Source of the DNA: Podarcis erhardii | Lineage: Eukaryota | NCBI GenBank assembly: GCA_964252035.1 | Contig: OZ176200.1 | Length of the DNA: 64,000 bases | Strand: one strand, 5' to 3' | Part shown: positions 38,601 through 50,600 of the stretch, one piece after another | How positions within the stretch are numbered: position 1 is the first letter of the stretch | Layout of the letters: each line of letters opens with the position of its first letter | Notes under the pieces: generated by a model | What the model saw: the letters and a program-made list of their open reading frames with translations, nothing else | Told to the model about the DNA's origin: nothing | Database searches by the model: none | Translations under genes and position numbers: made by a program

Positions 38601-41600
38601 TTCTGCACAAGCAGTTGCTTTTATCATCACATAGCTATTATTCAGTATTCCAAATGGAATATAATGGCTTCACATAAACAAACAAAGCAACCAGTCCTTG
38701 CGATACAGTTGCAGTGAATAGCCTGGGAGAAAAAGGGAACTAATCTGAGTAAATTCACCAAAGAACTCCTGCATGTGTGCTGTGTGGAAAACCAACCTTG
38801 TTTGTGCTTAGTTGAATTAAGGAAAGAATGTTTTTGAGTTCTTCTTCATGACAGTTGTTCATACAAGGCTATGCAAGGCTACCAGTAGTGTTGTTGAAAC
38901 TTGGCATGTCTCCTTCCTGCTTCCTTCCACATTTAGCCTGTTACCATGTTGTGTTCCCATAAAATGCTGTAAAAATTTGTCCCCGCCTTCATCTGCAAAC
39001 TTGGGGGCACCTTTCTTCTCTCTGGTCTCCTACTTTTTACATTCTTTTTTTACATTCAGACCTTGTAATACTTCCCCCAAAATTAATGCACAGGCTTTGT
39101 ATCTTCTTCCTAATTACCTCACATGGTCATTTGTGAGTATAAAATGGGGATATGTTCCTTTGAGCCCCTTGTTGGAGGAAAGGTGGGTGATAAATGAAGT
39201 AGAAAAATCTATTTTCTTTTTTTTAAAAAAAAAAAAAAGCACTGAACACTGCAGAAACCTTATATACCTTTCTCCCTCAGTCCACCCAACACACAAATTG
39301 CAGTATGCCCCACAAAACTCTACAGTGGCCCTCTTAAGTTATGTTTTCCCTTTGAATTGTTTTAGAGGCTTTTGGAAAGAATTTCTTGCACATTAAGTTA
39401 GAGATGAAAGGGCTTCTACCAGGCACACATAATTTATTGGCTCTTTGTGTTAGGTACCCAGGTCCTACTTTTAGGTGCAGAGTAAGGCAGCCACTTCAGG
39501 TAGCCGATTTTTGGATGTATTGAAAATGCAGCGGATTGTAGGTATTTAATATATTGTTATATTTCCACTCACGCAAGTCACGTTTGTGGTGCCAAAATAA
39601 CTCGGCAAGCATTGGGCACTATGCATCTTGGGTGCTTTGTTCAGCCTTCAGGCAGAAAAATGTCTTGGGCCAGTCCTGCAGATGCCCAGTACTCCTTGTT
39701 CTTAGAGAGCAATGTCTCTCTCACCTGCCTCTGTAAACACATTTCTGAATAACCTTGGAGTTCTCCAGGGCATGTATTTGACTTTAGGCAACCTGTCCCA
39801 CTCCAGATTGTCTCTGGAGCCTCTTGATACCAGCCTCCCCTTGTTCCAGTTCTGAGCTCTAGGTCCTGGGATGATTGCTCCAGTTGTCCACTGCTCCCCT
39901 ACCTCCTCCTACAATCTACGCAATTCCGAAGCCATATGTGAAAGCTTTCATGTTAATTTGGAAAAGTGTGGATAACTGTGTAGCTCATACTGCTCAAGGA
40001 AAATGTCTACACTTCAAATATGACATTCTTTAAACACAGCCAGTGAACGGCTGCCAAAACTTAAAAAAGTTCAAAAACCAAATGTTTCTGGGGTTTGTGA
40101 TCCTTTACCAGGTGAATGACCACAGGAGGTTCTTCTTGGGGAGCCATGACAGCACTTGCTTCCATCATAATCTACAAGCCTGTACCCTTGGGCCATATTG
40201 CTATGTTTTTTATCTTCTCATTATGTTTGCCATAAAGAGAGCCAGTATCTTAAGAGATGCCGTCTGAGACAGAGCAGCTGTTTGCTTAGTAGGTGAGCCT
40301 GTCTGGACTACATTTGTCTGTTCTTATTAAACCTCGAAGCAGCTGATGTTTTGGCAGAGCTGATATTTTCTCCTTGGATTACTCTGTCTGATGTGGATGT
40401 TGGCTGATGTAGTTCGATCCCAAGATATTTTGGAAGCGTTAATCAGAGCAGGAAGCATTGTAATACATTATCTATTTATGGCTTAATGCAGGATGAATCT
40501 TTATCCAGAATTTAATGAATTGTCCTGAGAGAGGCAAAACCTATTTCAACGTACAAATTACACCCGCTCTTCTAGTTGCTTAAGCTACCTTTCTGTTGCA
40601 CCAAGGGGCTTTTATCCTATAGATTCATCCTATTATGAACTTTCTGGGTCAAATGTGTCAGCCCAATATTAGGTCTGACTACCTAATGAACGGAGGTCAG
40701 GAATATGCTGAGCAAAGTTATATCCCGATCATAAAGAACGTTGTGAAAGGAAATAAGACACTCTAATTCCAGGTAAGTATGTAGATACTGCCCTCTTGGC
40801 ACTGCCTGTTGCTGCCTTTTGATCCTGCACAAAACTGTCTTGAGGACAGGCTCAACTGAGTAGCCATGAAACTTGCTGGGTGGCCTGTGTCTCAGCTTAA
40901 CGTCCTCTGCAGGGTGGCTGTGAGGATAAAATGGAGCAGGGAGGAGAACCATGTGTGGCAACTTGAGTTCCTTGGAGGAAAGGTGGCCTCTACATTGACA
41001 TACTCAATAAGTATCTGAATAGAGGTGGTTAACTCATTTTACCTTTCAAATCTTGGCTGTGGCATCTTCAGCTGTGCTGGGAGTTTGTATGTGTTTTGCC
41101 ACATACTGGAATGTAAGGAATGTTCTTTATAAAGAATTCAGCAATTGCATTGAACTGTGTCACTCTTATTGCTCGATTTTCCTTTTGTTGTGATAAGGGT
41201 GAACTGTTGACTTTTCATATAGTGTACAATACTTTTTCCAGTGCATGGGAAGAAGTAATGGGTGTATTAATTGTTCGTCAACAGTGAATCTGAAGAACAC
41301 GGTAGGATTGCCACCTTGCAGGCCTGGATGCGTACCTTAAAAAAAATAATTAAAAATCCCCAGTACAATGAGAGAACGTAGCTGTGTCTTCTCTCTTCTG
41401 TTCTCTTCCCTGGTTCTGATGTCTCTGCCTGTTTTGCCCTGGTATCTCACCCATCACAGCAGCCGATGGCAGGACCAGGATAAGAATAGGTGGGATATGC
41501 AGAGGTTTAAAGGCAACTGAACTAGAAAATATGTCTGTTTTACATATTTAAAAAATGTGCATTTCCTGTTTTGAAGGCAGGAGGGTAATAAGTAGCAGAC

Positions 41601-44600
41601 AGCTCACTGAGTTTTGGATCTGATTTGTCTTTTGTGGAATTCCAGAAATATGCTGGAGTTGGATGGGTGGCAGTGGACTGACCTTACAGCTGGGATCAAT
41701 TAATTCCCCCCCCCCTTAACCACCCCCTTCTCTCTCTCTCATATATGGGTGTAGAGAGGGGAAAGGGAAGATGTTTTCACTTTTGCCACGATTATATCCT
41801 AGAAAATTGAAGGGGTTCCAACTCACATTTCATTTTAAAATCCTGCAAAGTGTTTGTGGCTTAGCAGACTTTGTCTGCAGTCCTAACCCCATTTACCTGG
41901 GAGTAGACATGGCTAGGACTGCACTGTCAGCTGAGAAAATTGTAAGCTATGTGATACATTTGTGGCATGTTCTTATAGCTATGATGATTACACAGTGCTT
42001 TGAAGTTCAAGGCAAGATCTAACAATACAATCACATTTCAATTACTTGTAATCTTAACCTGTTGTTCTCTTTAGTCCCAGGTGAATCACCATACTTCTGC
42101 CAGTAATGAAACCTATCAAGAACGCCTGACAAGACTAGAGGGTGACAAAGAGTCTCTCATACTTCAGGTACGCAATTTATAGCATCACCATTTGCATTTG
42201 GAATTTATTGGCGTGTTTGTTGCTCATTGTGAAAAGCAGGAGAATAGAATATCATTATATCATGTATTTAATATTCTGCTTTTCAGGGCAAGGACTATTT
42301 TTTAAAAATCCCTGTACCTACTTCAAATGAAAGAATTTTGGTCTTGGCCTGTGTGGTGTTGAATTCACTTTATTCTTTTAACAGTGTTATTTGAAATATA
42401 ATAAAAGCCTTATGCTATGTTTCTTGGGGGTTAATTGCAGCAACTGTTAGTTATTGTAGTTGTTGGTGTCAACTTTTAAATTCAATTTCCTGTCTGAAAA
42501 TTCTACATATTTTAGATACACATACATATTAAAATATTTAAGTACTGAAAGAGCAGAAAACCTTAGAATCATAGAACTGTAGAGTTGGAAGGGACCCTGA
42601 GGATCATCTAGTCCAACCCCCTGCAATGCAGGAATATGCAGCTGGTCCATACAGGGATCGAGCCTGCAACCTTGGTGTTATCAGCACCATGGTCTAACCA
42701 ACTGAGCTATCCAGGTCTCTATACTCTAAATTTCTGGGTCAAATAGATTGTGGATTCAGCTAGACATCAGCAACAGTAACAAAAAACAACAACAACAAAA
42801 AAGCACATCCCTAATGGGCTATTGACTTTTAAGGGGGACCTGGTGTGACCCCATAGCCTTTAATAGTGTCTTGAAACTGCTTGGCTGCTGCCTCTCTCTT
42901 TATCTGTCTCTGCCAGGAACATGTGTTCAAAGCTGGGACAAAGCTCACTTCAGCGTTTAGCAGTAGGAAAATAGTATCAGTCCATTTTGCATAGCCTAAA
43001 AAAAATTGAAATTTGAGTGAGAAACTCCAGGCTGTAATGTTTGATGGTAGCACCTCTTGTTCCCCTGCTTACTTTTGACTGAAATTAAATGTACAATTGT
43101 TCTCAAACTTGGTTGGTGGTTCTCATTTTATACAAGAAAAAGAGCTTCTCAGTCCAAAGTCTTAAAACAGAGAGGAGAAGGAAAGGAAAGAGGAAAAGGG
43201 GGATGTTCAGCACCTCTTTTTCTAGAAAAATAGAACAGCTTCTTATGCTGGTTACAATGTCCAGTCTACACCCTTACCTTCCAACACAAAAATTACATTA
43301 TGGGAATGTAACTCACAAGCTGTGTACTGTGATGCACTGGTGTTCTACGAGACGGGCTGAAATGTGTGTTGAAATTAAGTCACCATGTTGGGTGTTCTTT
43401 GTATTGTTATGCATAAATTATTTTCTCCCTCCCCAACACCCAAACATAAGCAGTGAAGGAGAGTGAAAGAATTCACCAGGATACTCTCATGCAGTCTGCA
43501 CTGTGACTGAGAAGTATGGGGCAGTCCCAGAAGCATCATCATTGCTCAGAAAGCAATGGCTCATAGCTGAGTTATGAATAAATGGGCAAGGAAAGCAGGA
43601 CATGGCAAAATAATATCACACAGATGCACATAACTTCAGGATCAGGAAGAACACAAAATGTACGTGTGGTGTGCAAGCTTGAAGTGTTCATCTGTTTTAA
43701 TCCAAATAAACCCAGTAAGATAAGGTATCTTATTTTCATGAATATTTTCACCTTCCTATGCACTGGCATTGCATATTCAGGGCAATTAGCTGAAGAGATG
43801 ATCTGATCTGATCATAGTTGTGAGTTCCATGAGTATTATCAGTTCCTGTGCATCTGTTTACCCATTCAAAAGTACAGAAAACAACGTGTGTGTCCTTGAT
43901 GTTCATGTTACGAGCAGTTGGCTTAATTGTGCATTTTGTTCATTAATCAAACATACAGAAATCAGTGGGTAATTGATGTGCATTGCTTGGATAATTTGCT
44001 TAATTGCTGCAAAGCAACTTTCACGGTTAAGCTGATGCATCAGGTTTTCTCAGGAATTTGATTATAATACATACCACCAGTTAGGGCCATTGTCGAAAGC
44101 CGTGAAATGAGGAGTATGGTATTTTATGAGAAGAATATTACAGTGCTTGCAGCATGTCTGTGTGATTCAAGTATCGCAAATGGTTCATTAAGAAACTATT
44201 GCAGTAATGTTTATAGCTTGTTTAATTGTTGTCATTCCTTTAGTATAAGATGTAATGACTACTAGGACACAGACCTTTTGACCAGCTTTTGTCTTAATAG
44301 GTGTTTATACTTACTACTCAAGAGGCATGAAGGGAATAGAAATATTTGAAGTAAGAATACATACATACATCATATAGATTATGCCTTAATTATAACTGTT
44401 AAGCAATAATGAGTTAAGAGATCATTTTTTTTAGGGGGGAAAAACAATATACCAGTAGACCCAGGGAATTCCCAATGTATTAAAATAGTAGACAGACCAT
44501 GCAAGACTGAAATTGGCCCACCAGTAAAGTAGATTGCGAACTCGAATATGATGCCCCTTTTCAGGTTGCACAAGTAGGGCTGTTCAAAATGTTAATATGT

Positions 44601-47600
44601 GAACATTTTTACAGTTGTTTGTGGAGCTGAAATGCTACCCAAAGATTATGAGGAGGCAGATGCTCATTGTTAGTAGTTTTTTTTTGGGGGGGGGGGGATT
44701 GTAACTGGTTAATGAAGTGGTCCAGGGACTAGTGTTTTATTTTCTGTCTCTTGTTTTAAAATGAAGGGGCAACTTGACAACACACACTTGGGAAATGGGC
44801 CCACTAAAACAAAGAATAAGAGAATCAGCCCAATCTGTATCAAAGTTAGTAAAGAATACATTCACCACCACCCTCACATTTCAGAGAACTTGGGGCCCTT
44901 CCCCTGGATACCACCAAATGTCTCCCCTTGTTTCTATTCAAAGGTCTGCTGAAGGTGGGAGAGAGGGTTTTATGCTGTCCCAAGCACAGGATCACCCCCA
45001 AATATATTCCTACTTACCAAGAGACAAAACTGCCCTTGGCTGCTTTTCCAGACTAAAGCTGCTTATGTATAATTACTCTTAACTTTGGATAATTGGCTTC
45101 CTAAATAAGTAATGCCATTGTGATTTAGTTGGCATTGTTTCTAATGGACACAGGAGATTTGGGTTTAAATCTCCGCTCAGCCCTGAAATTCTCAAAGTCT
45201 GCCTTGGGAAGCTCACTCTAGTGCAATAGCTTTGCCACATGTTTGCCCCATATTTCTGGCTAGTCAGCTACATATTGCAGGTGAACATTGTGTGTATATA
45301 GACGTTTGCAAAGTACCAGGGAGAGAATCTTTCGCATCCGCCTAGACCGATTGGGCCCTAGAAATAGACCGAAATAGCCTTAGAAAGAAGGGCTACTCTG
45401 CAAAATCAAGTGTCTCTCTCTTCAACATTCCTCTATTGTAGCGGCCAACCAAAACTGCTGTGGGCATCACTTGGAATCCAAGCTCCATGAAATTACTTCT
45501 TAATGCAGCAGGCATCATTTTGGGGTTCAGAAAGGGGAACTATGGCAAGAATCTAGAATTCCTAATTAAATGCAAATCCCTTCTGCATTCTATCCAGAAG
45601 AGCCAATCCCGACATTGTCTGCTCTTCATGGACAAAGCAGATTTCAGTTCTGAGAAGTGATATCTATGAGGTTTTGACATACAGGCTTCCATTGTGGGTT
45701 ATTTGCCTATTCCATACAACACAAAGCAGGAAAACATTCAGTTGGCAGAGATGCAATTCATTAGAAGTAATGTAGCTGGGCACAGGCATCTCTTTACCTT
45801 AATGCTGGCCACCCCAATTCTGCAGACCTGTGAAAGAATTAGCAGCCTGTCAAATGACAGTTGGTTTCCTATATGGTCAATACAGCTAGAACTCTTTATG
45901 CTAAATGCTGGAGATTACAAACCATACCAAAGAAAAAGAATGGGTTGGGGAAAACCTGGGAAGCCGACTTAACATATTTTCTAAGAGGTTGAGAAAGAAG
46001 AGACAAGACTGGAAAAATGGTAGAAATCTATTGATTATAGTAAGGGATTTCAAACCAAACAAGCGCTATGGATTTATAATGGAATAATATTTGTCAATCA
46101 CTACTTTGGAAAATAGATATGTTTTATGTATTACGGGATAGATTAAGGAATTTATGGAAACGGTGCTTTATGTTTTAACATGTGATTATAGCAGGTAGGA
46201 AGATTACCGGTAATCTTCTGAATGAGCTTTTGGTTATTAACATTATTGTTAAGTGATTATTAAGGGATAATGGTTTTGCTCACTTATAATTAATAATCTT
46301 ACTCATTTTGTGTTATTGTTTTCACAACAGCATAAATATAAGATTTTTTTTTTTTAAAAAAAAGAACTTGTAGCCTGTGTGCCTACAAATCCTGGCTCTT
46401 GGCATGTGGATAACCTCAAAATGTGGAGGTGTCTCTATTTCAGCTTGCAAAATCTTTATAAATCACAAGAGGTGATTCTTCCTTTGCAAAGTAGAACTAG
46501 GTTAGCATTAAAAAAAGAAGAAGAAGAAGGCAGCTGGTTTTAGATATGACAGGGCTTGCTTTGCTACACAGTCAACTGCTTTCTCCCTAAATCTGGATTA
46601 TTTGGAAAAACCTACAATTATGTACTTTACTGAAGTACAAAAGGTGTGTCTCTGACGCATACCACTGCAATATTTCTTTCTCAATTTTTATGTTAGCAAA
46701 CTTCTCAAACAAAGAAGGAGGCAGAAAAGAATATCAAGTCCTTGAAGCTCTTCAGTCCAGATTATTCCAACATTCAGGTTTAATTGGTTAAAAGAAATCT
46801 GGAGGTGTTAGTTCTGAGAGGTGGGAAGCCCAGGGAAGCCTCTGACAATCCAGATTTGCAGAAGGCACACAAAGTCTGCTTGCTTGCTTGTTTCTTTCAA
46901 TTATATTAGCTACCATTGGGTTCCGCTGCTATTTATTTCTTCTCACAGAATAAAGAGTTCATGTTGTTTTCTGTAGCTGTGGGGTGACACCATTCTTGGA
47001 TCTCCCTGAGAATTGTTACTAATTCATTCCCAACAATTCAGTGCCTAAACTCTGGCATTCATGTTTAAGCTTGTAATACTTTGAACCTGTGAAAAGCAGA
47101 GCACTGCCAATGTTAAAACATGTCTTTTGCATATTACGTTTTTTAAACAGTCACAGAAAGCTTTGTTCATAGGTAAGCTGTTCTTGTGCTCTCGTAAGGA
47201 GAAAGATAATTGGTTGGCTTCCTACAAGACTCTTTCCCTTACGTTTCCCCCTTTCTAAGGAGAGAAGTGTTGGCAGAAGCTGAAAGGGTTGTGCGTGCTC
47301 AAAGCCCACTTAAAATATTAACAGGATTCTTCAGGGGCTTTTTCCCTTTGAAGGATTATTTACTGTAAATGCTAGCACATGATCTTCAGTGTTCTGTTTT
47401 CACATCAGCATTTGTTTGTTTTTCTAGCCTTCCAAATGCCTCTTTTTTAATTTTTTAAAAATGTTGCTGGTATTTTTCTTCTTCAAAGTGTGATGTAGTG
47501 ACTTCTTAAGGTAAGTAGCAAACTGTCATTTTGAAAATAGAGTAAGACATTTTAAAGTCACTTAGTAACTAGTTGAATGATTTGAGGGGGATTAAAAAAA

Positions 47601-50600
47601 AAGAAAAAGCCTGTGTAGTGTGGTGTATGTTGGACTGAAGCTTGGGAAGGAGTGGGTTCAAATCCCTATTTGGAGATGAACCTTATCAAGATGACCTTGG
47701 TTCAGCTAGTTGCTGCCTTTAAACCAAATCTATTTTATCCGGCTGTTAGAGAACATGAAGAGATTATTCCATGCCACCACCCTATAAGGAAGAGTGGCCA
47801 GCACATGTGGGTGCATATAGCTATGATTCATTACTAACAGTAATGGCTTTTATCCCTGAAAGTATGGAATATTTCCTTTTTATGACTGTTCCCTTTTTGT
47901 CCTCAATTGTAGGTGAGCGTCCTTACAGACCAGGTGGAGGCACAAGGAGAAAAGATCAGAGATCTAGAAGTTTGCCTTGAGGGGCACCAGCTGAAACTTA
48001 ATGCTACCGAAGAGATGCTTCAACAGGTAGGAGGAGTGTGGGATTTATAAAGAAGCTTTTTGTGAATAAGCAGACTCCATGTACACATCTGGCTCTATAG
48101 TCCCTCGAGACAAATAGGCTGGAATTAGATATGTCTCTAGCCTCCTTACAAATCAATTTTTATGAGTTGCTTTTGCTTTCTTGACTGGTGTGTGGTGTCC
48201 TGTATTTCAGGCGTATAATGCTGTGACCAGTAGGCGTGTAAACTGATACCATTGTGTGTATTATTCTTCATTAGTGTGACAAAGAAAAGTCAACAAGAGG
48301 GCTGGATGTGGCTGAAAACCTGTTAAACTGGTTAGATGTACTTTTTTTATATAGCTGTAGAGGTTAACCTAATGAAATGGGTGGCTCAGAAGCTGTTTTC
48401 ACAGAGTTTGGTTTGAGGTTTAAATAATGGGTGATTTTATCAAATTTGGGAAGTTTTAAGTGTTTTAATTGATATTCATTATTTTTAACTGAGCACCTGT
48501 GTCCGAAGGTCTCCTTATATGCAGCCATTTGCTCGCAAAAGCAGTTGGATGGTAGACCTAGCTCATCCCACCTTTAAGCAGCAGACAAAGAGGGGTCAGT
48601 CTTTGCAACTTGAAGTGACTTGCTAAGTAGAACAAAAGCAACAGTAAATACATAAAACAAACTCTGAAGGATTTGTTCCTTGCAGTCTCCAGGCCTGCTT
48701 ATAATCTTGGGATTCTAGAAGTATATCACACTCTGGGATCCTGGCACAAGGAGATCCCAGTTGCTTTTCTCCAACACTGGGAGCTGGCCCCTGTGCTGAA
48801 GCCCCCAAGCATGTGTTTCCTATATGCCTGCATTCACATAAATTAGAGGATAGCTCAGTCAGTAGAGCATGAGACTTTTAATCTCAGGGTCATGGGTTCT
48901 AGCCCCACGTTGGGCAAAAATTCCCTGCATTGCAGGGGGTTGGACTACATGATCCTGGTTGTCCCTTCCAACTCTACAGTTCTATGATTCATATACTGGA
49001 GAAAATATGTGGCAAGCATGCTTCAAAAATACATTTTTCTGGAACATGTGAAGCATCCCATAAAAGCACACTAGTGAAAATGTGTTTGGTAATATCATCA
49101 TTTGCAAGGGAAATTTTATTTAAATTGGTGAGTTGCATTAAAACAAAAACCAGGAATAAGCCCTCCATGACCTTCTCTTATGAAGTATCTAAATTGCATG
49201 TTGCTTTCACTGCCCTGAAGTCGCTTGATAGCCCTAAACAAGCCATGGTCTCTTCAATATGAGGATAGCAATACTGACACACTCAGCATGGTACTTTGCA
49301 TGTAAAACTTACAAGATAAGGTAGGTGGGGCGGCTTGAATATTTGTATAGCACTCTAAAGGTTAGGTGTCGTTATTCCTACACACAATTTGATACATGGT
49401 AGAATTTATCTTCTGTTTCTCTTCCGTACAGCAACAGTAGATCTCCACAGGCATTTTAGTTGGGATATTCTTCAAGCTAGGACTGACTCACATAATCAAA
49501 TACAACTGCCAGCAATATGTTTATAAATATATACTGTGTATATATATAGTCTCCAGGCTTGGCTATATGGATTCAAAGATGCTAGTGGCAAAGTATTTCC
49601 TGGAGTGCAATGTTGCAAGTACAAACTGTGGTTCAGCATGCCAACTCTCATTGCACATCAGGTTGGTTTTGGAGTTTAGTTTCAATTGTGGCATTTGCCA
49701 TGAGCGTTCTTGAATCTGGGCTGTTGTGCTCTAAACAAAAAGGCACAAACTGCACAGTCCTCAAAATATTAGTCGTCTTCTTCTTCTTCTTTGACGATCA
49801 CTCACAGCCGAGTAAAATTGTCTTCCATAAACACGGTTTTAACAATAAGTCTGTAAGTGTCTGTGGAGACCAATTCTGGATCCACACGTCCTTCCACAGT
49901 GGGGACATTGGTTTCTGAGAGGGGGGTTGATTACGTTGTGGATTTGCCAAGCGTGCCTTCCTCTTAGCACGTTTCTCCCTTGCGTCTTGAGTTTGAGTGT
50001 CTTCAAAGCCCATTACAGCTTTGGTAAAGGCTGTTCTCCTATTGGAGCACTCGCAGGCAAGTGTTTCCCAATTGTTGGTGTTTATACTACATTTTCTAAA
50101 ATTTGCCTTGAGACAGTCTTTAAACCTCTTTTGTTGACCACCAGCATTACGCTTTCCATTTTTAACTTCGGAATATAGTCGCTTTGGAAGACGATAATCA
50201 GGTATCCACACAACATGACCAACAAAGTCCAACAAAGTTGATGTCGAAGTGTTAGTATCCAAATGGTGACACTTTCATGACATCTATGTCACAGACAACA
50301 TACATGCATTCATCAGCATAAACAACTGGTTATCTGTAAAGGTTGGGGCTCTGACTTCTTTCCCAGCCATGTGGCAGGAGCAGTGGAGGAGAGTGAGAGC
50401 TTCTCAGTAGTGTGCACTAACCGTGGTTTCAGTGTGACATGTGGGCCAAGCCTTACCCTATCTTTGATCATCACAACCATTTACTAATTTACTTGATATC
50501 CAGCTCTGTTTCCATTTGGTCTCACTCATGATCCAAAAGCACGTGAGGCAGCTGCATCAGCTAACTAAGCAGGTCTGGGTCAATTCAGTGTCTAGATGGA

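Noticed and set aside
38848-39396. Longest + strand track ORF (182 aa)
   Set aside because: No recognisable domain; the composition mirrors T/C-rich intron DNA and runs through a T/A homopolymer (FFFLKKKK). It is a chance ORF.
40391-40487. Short protein-like ORF MWMLADVVRSQDILEALIRAG...
   Set aside because: It ends in a stop with no usable phase 0 donor, and I recognise no homology.
42643-42716. tRNA-Ile(GAT) gene
   Set aside because: Many stem mismatches consistent with CpG decay, and a fused CR1-like tail. It is a SINE head.
48844-48916. tRNA-Lys(TTT) gene
   Set aside because: The 5' acceptor stem does not pair, the T-loop is mutated (GGTTCTA), and it is fused to a CR1-like tail. It is a SINE head.
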